Position numbers and translations under genes: made by a program. From Catajapyx aquilonaris (Eukaryota), in assembly GCA_000934665.2 (NCBI GenBank), contig KZ537956.1:62001-126000 (forward strand): 64,000 nucleotides of DNA, in the 5' to 3' direction. Each line of letters starts with the position of its first letter. The first letter of the stretch is position 1. This document shows positions 50,547 to 64,000 of this stretch, in pieces. The notes below the pieces were generated by a model. The model saw only the letters and a program-made list of their open reading frames with translations. It had not been told where the DNA came from and searched no databases.

Positions 50547-53500
50547 CTGCGGAGAAAGAATAGAAAAACTCAGTGTTGCACACACATAGAAAGAGTATGG
50601 CGGCGTCTAATTCGATCGGCACGAAGCCCATGAACTCGGGCGGAAAGGTTGCATGAAGGCTGCTGGATTAAGGGACGGGGCCAGGATGGTTCATGTATAG
50701 GGGGGAAAAAACTACTGGGAGGTCTTAAATTCGGTCCTAGAGACGCACGCACGACGCCGACATGACAACTTTAGTTAACAAGCGTGCCGGCGGAGACCAC
50801 ATCAAGTGTGCTGCCATTCAGACGTCGGATTGAAACAATTCTTCTCTTTGACTTCGGTGTAATGCTCCACGCAATATGTGGAGGATCCCTAATGTGGTTA
50901 CACATGTGAAGCACTTTACGATTTACTTATGGTCGGGAGGGTAAAGTGCTTCCTTGCTTGCTCCACAATGGCCTGGGTTTGATGAATGTGTTTGCGCACT
51001 TGTTTGTTTCAGCCTTGGAACCTCCAAACGATTTTAACTCGGCCTTTACACGACGCTCAATTGCATTATTCCGCTGTTGCTTCATCGAAAAGCGGGGCTG
51101 CACCGTACTCTTTCAGTATACCAAACCCTTTGTAGTATTTTAGCCATATTGGCGGTGGCATATAAAAAAAGTGCGGATTCCGATAGAGAGGCATAAATAA
51201 CCCGTTTATTTCACGCATGCGCTGACTTTCTGATTCTAGCCAATCCTGGCTATAAGTCTAAACCGATTTAGTGTGACGGCAAGGAGAAAATATGACAGGA
51301 TGGCGCTTGCAATCCTTTTTCACGCAAGAACGCTCCTGAAGACGCTGGTGGTGCGATTGCATTCGCCACTTTGCTCCCTAGGGCCACTAGGCGGGGGACA
51401 AGATGCGGATTTGTAATTTCAACCTCCCACACCCCCCCTCGATACACTCTAGTTCGCACTTTCATTTCGACCTCCCCTCAGCAACTTGTCGCCTTGATAA
51501 GGGGGTGTTGGAGTCTTGGTGACAGATTTCCAGTCTCCAGCTCCCCTCATCCAAGACACGCTGGGGGTTAATGAGTTTAAGGTGTATATGTGCTCCCGGA
51601 GAAACTCGGCATCTTTAATGGGGCGGAACTGCCGCCTCGCTTTATTCCTTCAGATGTCTGAGGAAATAAATCAAGGAACTGGGGGGTGGGTGAGGCCCAA
51701 GACGTCATTCCGATAATGCAACAGGGTTACAAGAAATGGGGGAAAGTAATACTTATCCGCTAATGAAAATGTACACGGCTCTGAGTTGGTTTAGCGCCCA
51801 AAATCTGTCGCATTAACTGCCGAGCGTTGCCCGAGTTACGACCCAGGCATTTGTACAAAATAATGTGGCAGTGTTTTTGAGCTGCTTACTTTGCGAAAGT
51901 TGGGCTTAAAAAGTGCCTGTGCCGCACCTCCGGAAATTTTCGACTCGCGAATCTTACCGGAAACAATTCCCGGTGTCAGATGTGTTTTGTCGCAAAAGGT
52001 AATCCGGCTTCTATTTTATTGGGTAATATTGTGGGAGTCACCCAGTCCAATTTTGTCGTTATATAGGATGCTATTCAGCAACGTGCGTCAGACGACGTTA
52101 CTCATCGGAACGTCGAAAACAGTCAGAAACATGCATCAGTTTGACGATGCAAAAGAGTCGTCCTCTCCCTCTCTCCCTAAGCTAACCCTCTGAAGCCTTC
52201 AGATCCCATTCTGCCAGATCAGCGGCTGCTTAACGAAGTGTGCTGGAATCACCACCAGCTCCGCTGTGCTGTACCTTGGCTAAGGGGACTTGATGATTAT
52301 AGGGCCTATGGGAGATGGAAGGTGCCCGGCTCTGGCCCCATTACAATCCTACAGGCACGGGATGAATGCAAACCATAATCATTAGCGAAAGCCCCGCCGA
52401 ACGGACAGATGGAGGAGGAAGGAAGGAGGGCCAAAAGGTTACGCCAAGGTGCGGAGTTTGGCCCCACTAATTTATTACGTAAGGCTCTTTTCCTTGGGCG
52501 AACCGCTACCATCAATTACGAGCCTAATCAGGAATTATTTCGCTTCTTTATCAATTTATATCCGCCCTGTGCAAACTCAGCCTCCCACCAAAAAATTTCC
52601 TTCAGTTTGGACCACCTCCAGTTGCTATTCTTATGAGTGACAAATTTTCCCTGACAAAACGCGTCGTAAAAGACGCACTTGAATTTTCTCGCACGAGTAC
52701 AGCGGCCACAATCTGTTACGGCCGGTCACATTCAATGTGACCGCTCATAACTTTTGGAAGAAGGGAAAAACTTTGCCATTTTTTTCCATCTCTCTCGTTT
52801 CCAGCAGAAATGGCATTCACAATTCTGGAAGACGGGAAGCAAAACTATCAGACGAGTTGCTCGTATCTTATTGGCATCACAATTGGACGGGTCGAGTTTA
52901 ATGCCTATATTTTTGTCTGACCAGTGAGACTCCTAGGAAAAGGGTGAGGAAATCCTCCGAGTGAAAAGTAACGGACAGAAAAAAGAGCAGCCAAGGAAGC
53001 AATCATCAAAAGATGGAGAAAAAGAAAAAAAAGACTGGGCAGGGGAGGGGGAGGCTAGAAGAAAAAAAAGTTGCCGGCCTTTGGAAGAGCTCCAGAAGAA
53101 GTCTTCACTACGGCCACTCTTTACGAGGGCATGAAATTTTCAAGAGCGGCGAAGAATGGGCCAAATGGCTTCCCGAAAAGAGAGAAGGGGGGCCCCCTGA
53201 CTTCATTCTTCCCAATGGGTTGCAGAACTTTACTTCGGGTCGTAGAAAAATCCCAAAAAACCTTGGGTGGACGGTCAGGTTGGGGTGGGGGAGAAAAAAG
53301 TTTCTTATACCCTCCCATCCACCCACACTTTTCAGTCATGTGAAAACGAACTGACATCGTGCCCTTATGCAAATCCCGTGCCGTATCGGGGGATGTTTGC
53401 GGTGTCTGACAGGTACAAACTGTAGGGCATTCCACAGGTCTTTAAAAAATGGGCCTAGTCTCCGGGAGAAAGGATTCTGCTGCTGGCTTGTCAATGAAAA

Positions 53501-56500
53501 ATTAGCCTTCGGTCTGATGTGAACAGCAAATGATTCGTAACCAGCCTTCGACTTTTCCCCCCATATAAAATGTGCTCGCTAGAGGACAGTGGCGTCACTG
53601 GGTGTGGAGGGAGCGCTCTTTGTATGGGAGTCGTGAAACGGTCTGGCTGCAGGCTGATCTCAATAAATGGGATTTCCCGAACCTATGTATTAGTGGACCA
53701 CGACTACGACCCTGAGTGACCTTGCGAGGTCAGGACAACCCTCGTCGAATAATACCTGATTTTGGTGACTCAACATACTGATGGACGTCCCCTCATCTTC
53801 TTGGGGTCCAGCCGAGCAGCATCATTCCCCTGGAGGAATAAGCGCGTCCGTTTAACCCCTCTCGTTCCCTGGAACAACGCGGTGGTCCAACTCAATTACA
53901 CCCTGTCATTTCCAATTTTGCTGCCGCATTGCGGTCATTTGATGTTGCATTAATCCAATAGTCACTTGCATTTTCATATAAATCACTCCTCGGCTTGCTT
54001 TCGCCAGCAGAGTTCCAGCCCCCTCCTGGGCTCCCCGGAATGAAAGGAAAGGCAGGGGGAAGGATGGCGGGGCTTTTTTCAGGGCCGTATTTTCCGGGCC
54101 CGTGGGAATATGGTACATACGGGCTATAATCGCTAACAAACGCTAAATTTAATTCATTAAGTACTCGGAGGGGGCAAAACCCCTTTTCCTCCCCCCTCCA
54201 CCCTCTATGGTGTGGTCCGGATTGATGATTCATTTGTAAAGTCACAGATACTTTGGTTCTAGTCAAGGGGACTGCACTCTAAAATATTACATAAAAAGGG
54301 TCTCCTGCGATTGACTGGACGGAAGGGGGAAGGGACGTTTATCACGCAGGATCGCGTAATGATGGTTGTCACATTTACGGTATAGCGCTGGTAAGAATTA
54401 TTAATTACGCAATTAAAGCGATTTGATCGTAATAACTTCGTCAAAGCGGCAAAAATTCTACAAGTCTACTTATGTCTATAGAGATAAATGACAGTGCGAT
54501 GCTATAATAATTATGTCCACAATGAATTAAGTCGAGACAGCAAACGCCACTAACATTGTTGTCATACCTCCAGAATTACCGGTAGTTTAGTACCGCATAA
54601 TCCTAGAGTCTGCACTATCTCGATCAAAAAGCACACTGTTTACAGTGTAACCATGTTTGAATACTGTATCGAGACAATATTTGCGTTATATACAGCACTC
54701 CAGGCTAACACTTACTCTTTAGGAAGTATTAAACGCTCCAGGGCAATAAAACAACTGCGAATGAAAGCCAGCTTGATTATGCTTCTGGGCCATGTAAATG
54801 CTGAGGCGGTGCAGCATTGTTCTGAGCACACGTGTCCAAAATAACGGAGCAGGAATATACAAGTTCCTTGCTCTGTTCCAAAATTATGTTCACGGCTTTA
54901 CTATATGAACATTATACTCGTTTAAAAAAAAATGATACGACGTACCCTGCTAGTATAGCAACAATGAGCATTGCATCACACTGGTGTGTATTTTGGTCCG
55001 ATGATATCGTATATCGTATACCGTGTGCTGGCAGAGCAGAGACAGCAGACGGAGATGGTGGAGATAGGCGTGGAAGCATATCTTCCTGGCTGGCTGGCAT
55101 CAATAGGAGCCGGGTGAGAACAAAAGGAGCCTTGTCCACTTCTTTTGTGCCAGGCCACCTGCGATTGAGCTCTGCCAAATGGCTTGTACCATCCTCTTCT
55201 TCCCCTTTTCTTCTGGTGGTATGGATGAGGGGGCATGAAAGAAGGGAAACTGCCAAGCCAAGATCGCCCTTCCCAAAAGGTTCTGTCTACACATCCCTCC
55301 CAGCAAAGCTTGCTAACCGCCTTTTCCATTTCCACTCCCTTGCTGCTTCGATCCTCGCAGAATGTATATACACTCAGGGGGTACTTTTCGAAATATTTCC
55401 CTCTCCACCCTTCCCTAATTCGCCCCTTCCTTCCCCCGAAATCCTTTTCTCTGCGATGCGATGTGACGCCCTGTGGCAAAGGTGGGCTCTTTTTCCTTTT
55501 CCAACACTTGCTTCCAGGCATTTTCCGGAAGTGTATATACCTCCTCCTCCTTCCTTCCAGAGCTTGGAGGCCTATAAATGAGGGCAACAGTCGGCTGAGA
55601 TTTGGGCTGCATAATGCACAGGATGAGGCTGCGACTGGAGGCTTGCTCTTTTCTTCCCCTATCGATCCCTGTTATGCTTACTTCTCTCTCCCTGCAGCAC
55701 TTTTCTGGGAAGGAGGAGGGGGAGAAGAAGAAGAAGCAAGGACTCTCTCCCCCTTCCCCAGCACCCCTTTTATTAAATTCCGAATGAAATTATTTTTACT
55801 CGGTTTTTATCTCGGGAGTGACAGGGGGCGCTTCCTCTCGGCAAAACATTTCCAAGATTGGCAGCCTGGAAATATTTCTTTTTAAAAAATGGCGGAAGTG
55901 CCCTCTTGCCCTAATGGCCAGGACTCTGGTCTTGGACTTTGTGGACCGCCAGAAGAATACATTTGCAGAGACAAAAAATATTGCGGTGGGTTTTCCTGGA
56001 GAAAGTGACCAACCAAAAGGTAAGGAGGTTGTGATGGAAATGAGAAGAGACTGGTGTGCTGTCGAGGGGGGCCACCTGCGGCTTCTCTTCTCCGATCAAA
56101 GCCCGCCATCATCCAGCACACAACCATTACTCAATCCCCCCACGTTTATGTTTGCCAAGTGTCAGGGGAGCCACAAGTTTTTACTAATCAAATTTGGAGG
56201 CGGCTCTGCTTTTCCACAGGCCATTGCGCCCTCTCGCCCTGTTTATTATCAATCATCATCTCCGTCTGGAGCCAGCAGCCACCCATACCAGAGGAAAAGG
56301 GGGTCTTCTCTCTCCCGGCTTTTTCCCCAATAATAAAACCTGGCATGCTCATCGTCACTCTTGTCTGATGGCAATTATCAAGATAACTTGCTATAGACGG
56401 CACCCTCTAACCTGATTGGCCCCAGGAACTCGTAACCTTAGTCGTAATGGGATGGGAGGCAAGATTATGAGCACCCCTCCCCAAAAACTAATTGTCCCTT

Positions 56501-56898
56501 TTTATGGCCCACGTTATGAGCCAAATGAAAGTCCGGAGCTGATTTGACTTTCCGGCACTTTTCCTTCTTTTTTTTCCACCCCGCCCGTTCCGTTTGCAGG
56601 AAACAAATGACACTGCGAAATATTAATGATGCCGGTAAGAATACCCAGGCTGTCAGAGTCTCTCGTAATTACGACCCGTCGGCGGGACATTGTTTGGCAC
56701 TGTTCAAGCATGATATATGGTCAGTCTGTGGGAGAGCAGGGGGTTTAAGTCACGGCCAGATCGAGACTGCCGGCCACGGACATTGCACTGGCTCGTGGCG
56801 TGAATAGTTAATGAGGGCAAGGATCGCCCTTTTCTAACAATCTGGTCGTGATGTATCCGCAAATCTGGCCGATACACCGCTGTAAAGGCGCTGCAGCA

Positions 56899-56982
56899 GC
56901 TAGAGGCGCTCTAGTAGCCACCAGAGGCGCTCTAGTAGCCGCTAGAGGCGCTCAAGTGGCCACCAGAGGCGCTGCAGTGTTG
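56899..56982. repeat. 21-bp minisatellite, 4 copies, alternating as a 42-bp dimer
   Basis: GCTAGAGGCGCTCTAGTAGCC / ACCAGAGGCGCTCTAGTAGCC / GCTAGAGGCGCTCAAGTGGCC / ACCAGAGGCGCTGCAGTGTTG. Confidence 0.9.
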
Positions 56983-59900
56983 CCAAATAATATTTTGGGA
57001 TCTGCCAAGTGCTCCAATCTGAGGAATCGCCAGACTTTCCCCCCACACAAATCGATTCCTGATTGCAAGGAAAGGTTTCCCAATCCACTTTGACCGGCGG
57101 CGAAGCCACACTGCAAGGGAACATTTTTTTTCCGCGGGCCCGTACACCGCATCATTTCTGACTGCGGGGTCTGGGAAACACACATATTCCGCTGCAGTGC
57201 ATGGTGGCAAGTTATTTTGACCACCGCACTGTCACACATCCGCAGTAATCCCCCGGATTTTTCCATCCAATTTGAAACCGGCTGCGGCCTATTAAAAGAG
57301 TTCCGGGCGCGGGCTGCAATTGTATCGCCCCAAGACCAGTCGAATTACACAATTTTCATTCGGGGATAAATGGGGGTGGGCCCGCTTTTGATGGCGAATT
57401 AATAAGCGGGGGGTCCCAACGCAGGTTGCGTTTTCAAAGAACACTGCGCCTGCACCATGCAACACGCTTGTATCGGCGGGGTGGACATGGCGCCTCCATC
57501 ATGTACCCTGGGTATGACATGCTGGGGATGTGCCCACCACCAAGTTATGTGCGATTGTCCCGCAGGCCTATCACCTTCATTTCCCAAGCGCAACTGTGTC
57601 AACATGCCCTCTGCGACCTGCACCAATTTGGGTTTTTGATCGATAAGCACAAATTGAAACGTCACTCCTGGCCTATGGATAAAAAATAGTCGGGTTTAGA
57701 TGTGCCTTTTTACCGAGTGTCTAATACTCTAGGGAGGATTCCCTTCCTGGCCCATGAGACAATTCAAGCGTTATCGCCGAATAAATGAGATAAAGCGGGT
57801 CGCTGGCAATTTCCAGTCTAAAAGTCCCCAGATGATTGATACCCACTCGGGCTGAGGACATGATAAGACAGCAGGTATAGAAAGGCGAGTCGGAAACACG
57901 GAAATGACTGCGGAGGTAATGACGGGTCTTCAGGCTGGTCAAGATCACTTTCGCGGAAACTTGACCGACAGAGTAAACACTGTTATTTGCCCTCCATGAC
58001 TTCCAATATTGCTTCAAGATTAAACCTATCATGCAGGGGTCTTGTGAGAAGACCAAATGTTGTGTCAGGCAGAAACGAATGAAATGTCGCAATGCATACA
58101 AAGAACGGCGAGTGTAGGCGGGGCACGTACACTGTACACTGCACTAAGATATTTCCAGAGGAAGGTACGGTAATCAAAGAAAGATGGTCTGTAATTTGAA
58201 GAGGCAGCACCCTGGGGCTTCCACACTGGTGCAAACACACTCAAAAGGACTTGTATGAATGCGGTTTTCAGCATCTTTTGATCTATTTGGATTTCTTGTT
58301 TGCCCGGAGATTGAGGCTAAGGCAGTGTTTACCAAGCCTGGCCAGTTATGGAAGGTTAATTAGTATCAAGACGAGGCCCTGCGGGGAGAAGGAAGCGCCC
58401 ATGCTGCGCCCCCAAGATTCAAAATATTTGCAACCAGCTTAGCTCCCCCAAATTATCACAAATTTTTATCACTATTGGTAAGAACCTGACACACTTTGCA
58501 GGTACCCGAATTATCCGCGATTCCCAAGCCTTTTGCGTGCATCACGTCCCATTCCCTTCAGAGAGACACTTGGGAAAATTTACGCCAGAGAACTCTTCCG
58601 ATAATTACCTCCTGGATGTTGCTAAGATTCCTACCCTGCCCCGGTCGGCAGTTTCCAGGGTCTGCTGCTGGCAAAAGCCTAGAGTTTCCAGGTTCTGGGC
58701 TCCCCCCGTCTCATTATCCGGGGTGGGAGAGGATTTTCAAAATTATCCCGCCTGCACAAAAACCGAGGGGGGGATAAAAATCGGGATTTTTGGGCAGGGT
58801 TCGCGCCAGAAAACGATCTGGTAATAGCTGGGAGGAGATGGCACCACCATCACAAACCCTCCTATCCTTTCCTTTCAAAATGCGCAACGTGTCATCTTCA
58901 AGTGCCCTTCCGGATGCCAGCCGGGTAGCGATCATGTTCCCTTTCCTTAAATAAAATTACTTCGCTTTGAAGGAAAGTCAGCTGAGGAGAGAGATCCGTA
59001 TAATACAGACGAGATGGAATTCCGGATTCCCAATAGGGAGGCTTAGGTGCATTAATTTTATAGGCAGCCCTCTCTCGACGAGGGGTCTTTTCAACCGAAT
59101 TCAATTTTCCTCCGATCTGCAGCAGCTACATTTATATTTGCTACCCGAAATATCTTTTCCGGACAGGGAATGTGGTACAAACTTGCCTAACGTGCCGTTT
59201 GCTCGTGCTGCAAAAAAGGGTGTACTCGACATCTATTATTCAGGCACAAAATGTCTACAAACTGGAAACAAATTGTCAAACCAATTGAAGCAAAAATGTT
59301 GTCAGAAATCTCGAGTCCAATAATAAATTTGAAAATCAAATTTGCCCTGCAATAAATGCCCAGTCCTAATATTTTTAGCAAACAATCTATCACCTGAACT
59401 TCTCCAAAAACGTGCAGAATTACACCTCCATTAACAAAATGACTATTCCCTGGTCTCAGTCAAGAAATCCTTTCCAAAATATTCACCCCTGCAGCTCATT
59501 CTTTGAGAAGAAAATAACGATGGGGGTGCTGGTGCTTTGGTGCCGAGGAAAAGAAAAAGTCGCGCGGGGTAGATCCCCGCAAGATAAATTTGGATCTGGC
59601 GCTCCTTGTCGTCGACCTATTGTTAAATGACACGCGTCAACGCCATCTGAGTCTGCGGAAGGGGGGTTTGGAAGGGGGTGGAAGCCATGAAAAATGATGC
59701 TCAGACCACTTTGAACAAGGAGGCGGGGATCAGCTGACGAATGAAACAGCAATTGTAATTCCCATCCATTCTGGGGACTGCTGGGGAATCCCTTGCCAAA
59801 AGGAAGCCCACCCAACCCACCCACCCAATCCTCCAACCCAAAAAGACAGACAATGATGTTGCAACTCGACCGTGACACAAACTGTCCGCGTCATCTCTCG

Positions 59901-62900
59901 CACTCTCTAAGCAACGATTAATCTTAATATAAAACCACATTTTGGACGCGATATGAACACAAACTGTCATCTGCTCCAGCAGTTGGTGGCTTCGAGGGAG
60001 GAGGGAAGAAAGTGAAGAGTTAATGTTTGAATTCCCCCAACTGTCTGTGTCTATATGGCTGCCATATCCTTTTCTACAAGGTGGCGTGTGATGTTTCTGT
60101 GTTTCCTTGACAAATGATCCGGGCGGAAATAGATGTGCGAAGGAAGATCGACCGCGTTCCCCAAGGAATGTTCCTGGGCTCGGTTTCATCAGTCGACCAC
60201 ATCATTAGGGAAAAGGATAGCAAAAAATGGCGGCTTCTTTTTACCATCACCTTGCGCATGCGTGGGGTCCTGCCCTATTCTGATGCCTCCCTGCCGCCAA
60301 CTAATCATTATTTTAAGCATACGTGCAAGAAGAAATTCAGCATCTAAATTGGATATGTTTTTTAAACGAATTTTTCATATCACTATAATGCGAGGCAATA
60401 ATGTCAATCCGAGCAGTAATATAATAATTCTTTGTTGCCTAAAAAATTAATAAGAAAATGCTTCGGCGTTGTTGCCAAACATGGCTCTTCCCATTGAAAT
60501 GCACTGCTGTATACGATACCTTCCTGTGACTCAATTTGGTGAGAAATGAGGTGCCTGTGTACAGTACATAGCAAAGTGTATAATTGCATCACATAGCATC
60601 TGATAACATCGTTTCACCGAGTAATTTTCAAGAAATTGCGATGCAAGTAATCAGTTTACAACTCCGGATTGCGACGTCATCAGATTTGCCCTTCCGTTTA
60701 TCGCAACATTACAACCTGACCCAGATGTAAATTAGAATAATTCATAATTCAGCTGCCATGTAACACGTTTTTAATGAAGTTTGGATTGCTTCTAGTATAT
60801 AAATTTCCCATAAAATTTAATGTGCATGAATAATTATTTTAATTCCGATGTAGTGCACGGAATCCATGAATGCATTAAAAGCCTGCCAGTACAGTACAAT
60901 ATAGAGTCCGTTTTCCCCACCACCATCCCAAAATGTCGGTAGCTCCACGCACAAGAGAGGAAAATTGCACGGTCTGAGTGGCACGTAACGCCGTACTTTT
61001 CGACCGCTGTACATGAAGCCACTGCGCATTTGTTGTAAATGCATCAGGGGATTCCAGAGCATACGAGTTCACACACCGACATCAAAAAAGCAGAGGCGGA
61101 GACGGGCGGAAATAAATCCTGCGGAGAGTGTAACCAGACAAATGCTTCCACGCGAACCATGAAGAATACGTTTCAAATTTTTCACTGGGGACAGCTGACG
61201 TAAAATTAGGCTCGCAATTAATCAGCAAAGGAGCCTTCCACGCAGCTGTCTGCAGCCAGCTTTGAAAAAGTAGGAAAGAAAGCCATTTAGTATCCATCCA
61301 GAATTGGCTCGACTTCCACTCATCGGCATGGCTGGATCCAAGATGGCCGTCGATGGCGGCGAATATGAAAGCTCCCCGCGGTGTTTCCCGAGTCAACCTC
61401 ATCAAGCAATGATCATAAATATTTAAGTATAGGGCTGGGGGGATGGTGGGGGTGGGCTGATAGTTTAGGTAGACCACCAGTGGAGCTTTCCTGATGCCAC
61501 CTTGCACTTCCCCCTGCAGGAAAGCCTGTCCGCCCAAGACATTTGGCTCTGAATGGAAGAGTTGCGTGCCAGAATGCCATTAACAGATCCTTCCTTTAAT
61601 ACCAAAGTGCCACACGATGTTGGGGGGGAGGAAAAAGTTCCGGCCAAGACCGGTGGCCGGCTGACAACAATATCCACCTACAACACGTACATGCGCCACA
61701 GTTTTCATATGGTAAAAAATTACATTTGGATGTGCCAATGGCAGCAGCTGGCGGCAAGACGCGAATAGCAGCGTATCCAGTTCCTCCGCCAACACAAACT
61801 GACACTATTTCCTGTGTCAGAGAAGCCGGCAGAGGGCAAAGTGCTAGCAAAACCACAGTGTTTACGCAGCAAACAAAAAGGGGGAAACAGCTGTTGCCTG
61901 GAATTACATTTCTTCCAACCCGACACCTTACGTGCCGCCATTTCGGTCTACTCTGAGGGGTTGATCGCTTCATCGCTACATAGCTCCAAAGCGTTCCTAC
62001 ATATCATTAATCAAAGCTCCAGTTTATTCAGGGCCTTCACGCAACAACTTGGCTCAATATATGACCTGGAGTTCTGACTCACCCGGTATAATTAGGTTGA
62101 GGATGATCGTGCCTGGGCATATTTTATAAGAGTTACTTTACAAAATGAACCGACGTTTTGAGAGGGACATTCCGACTAAGCCCTTGGTGTAACTGGCTCC
62201 AATCCGAAAAGTAAGAGAAATTAGGAGCGAAAGAGGCTCTTCTTTCCAGCCTAGCGACAAGAATGATGACCTCGTCCCCAGAGCACATGAAAACGAATCC
62301 TCCGGGACCCTCGACCACAATATTCGGGCGACGAATTCCCTCGCACTTCCATTGCAAATACTCGGGGCCCCAATCTTCCTCGTTTAAGTAATCACGTCAT
62401 CTAGCCCGCCCTTGCAAAGTCCGCCATTCCCAGGCAAACTGCTGGCTGAAAATGGCGATTCCTGCTAAAATGACGCACCCGGAGGAATGAAAAAAACACA
62501 TACATACACAGAGAGGAGCAGGGAAAAAAAAAAGTCTCTATTACATCTCATTCCCCTTCCGAACCTCTGATCATTTGACAAAAGGATGATTGAAAAAAAT
62601 GTCGCAACGGCAGTGTTGGAAATAGGCGGGTTTCAAAATTAATTAACAGCAAACGCTATGCGTCAATTGGACTCTGACTTGTATACAACCCAATGGTTCC
62701 CTGTGATTGATTGTTTGCCAATAACAGCCAATTTGACAACTTTAATTATGGAGGAATCACCAGTCATTGTCCCAATTTGTGAAATGTTACAGCAAGTAAA
62801 TGCCCGGCCTTAAATTTATCACCCCGACGGTTTTTTTTCCACTCCAATTAGCGAAGAAAAGTCGGGTACATTTTGAAACCGGTGGCCGTAACTAGTGCAA

Positions 62901-64000
62901 AAGTGGGCCTAGCACCACATAGGGTGACCGCAGTGTTAAATCGATCGCTGTGCCAAAACCAGCCAGGCAAATCCAAACAAGACCTTAAACCTCGGCAAAG
63001 TGACAAAATGGTGGCCACTTTAATTAAAGTCTCCACTTATACGAGGGGAGGCCCAGGGAGGAATAGGCAAAGCGAACGAAGAGAGAGCGAGGCTTTGCCA
63101 TGGGGTCCAAATTTAAATTATTGCTTAATTGTCTCCGCTTTATTTCATTTGCCTTCATTAGGCGAGGCTCTTTTGGAAGACTGAGCCCGGTTGTAGGCAG
63201 GGGACAACGCAGGTGGCTGGTCTCCCTGATCGTTCCCGTCTGTGGTATTTTAGCCCAAAATGGGAAACTACCCGCTTCATTGGAGCGACAAAAACAATTT
63301 GAGCCCGGTTTGCTGAAAACAATTACTCTGCATTTGGGTCTCGCCTTCTTAGACCCGTAAACCAAATCATCCCCCAGCAGGATTACCACTCTTCTCCTTA
63401 AAATCGTATTAACTGTTCCGGAGCGGCTGCTGCACATTACGCGCGCCACACAATTGCGTTTGGAGAGAGCAGCAGCTAGCAAGGTGAGAATTATATTTTC
63501 AACTTCGGATCTCCAGCTCATTTATTTCCAGGGACCCAGATAAAAGGAAACGTTTCCTGCCGGCGATGCATAATGCAGGTGACAAAATGAAGAGTGGCGT
63601 AGGCCCAAGAAGGCGGCAGACACGCAAGGCGACCGGAAAAACGGGCGGAGTTTCGCACAACACAGTCAGAATCGCCACCACTCGATAGATTGGTTCAACA
63701 CAAGCCGAAAATGTAGGGGCGAGAAATGTACATAAACCAACCGGTAATGACTTAAGAGTCTTAGACGACTACAAAGTTGTGTCATCTTCGATTCGCTCTT
63801 TTTCCGCATCGGTTCACGGCGCCACCAATAATCTACCAATATCTACCAATATAGTCCAGCACTGTACGCACATTATGTTCCACGACGAGATGCTGTTTTC
63901 TACGTATTTCTCACCCTGCATTTTAAGCATCTGACCCACTGATACTGTAAATATGCGCCTCCAGAGGGCGGTAAAAATTGTCTCCGTGGAACCTGTCACA

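Noticed and set aside
54832..56333. Cluster of overlapping 170-250 aa ORFs
   Set aside because: They arise from purine/pyrimidine-skewed low-complexity sequence; no protein-like features or convincing splice structure.
56899..56982. CRISPR-like array
   Set aside because: Head-to-tail units with no unique spacers, in a eukaryotic context with no cas genes.
62075..62120. Donor CGG|GTGAGTC as a further upstream exon
   Set aside because: The upstream acceptor is weak and no promoter signature was seen.
63814..64000. Minus-strand ORF at the window edge
   Set aside because: Short, truncated and not recognisable as any protein family.

Overview
This is eukaryotic, intron-rich DNA with no prokaryotic-style operons, rRNA, tRNA or CRISPR. 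The only protein-coding gene I can support is an arthropod-type Plexin-B (semaphorin receptor) on the minus strand. Three coding exons (19927-18560, 12397-12221, 3598-3470) are joined by phase-0 GT-AG introns and encode 558 aa: a signal-peptide-like segment, a low-complexity linker and the Sema domain. The PSI/IPT/TM/GAP exons must lie beyond position 1. The ~44 kb upstream of the first coding exon looks non-coding but carries several minus-strand splice signals: a candidate Inr promoter with first exon (~30075-29896), a 44-nt micro-exon (50546-50503), and a recursive-splicing-type AG|GT site with a 94-nt RS-exon (38472-38379). The RS-exon supplies an in-frame ATG that would extend Plexin-B by 43 aa. 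Also present are TA-flanked MITEs, a pogo/Tigger remnant, short inverted repeats, a 21-bp minisatellite and microsatellites. Almost all ORFs in the supplied track are spurious. I see no clearly new biological system; the most interesting unverified signal is the 5' splicing and translation-start architecture of the plexin gene.
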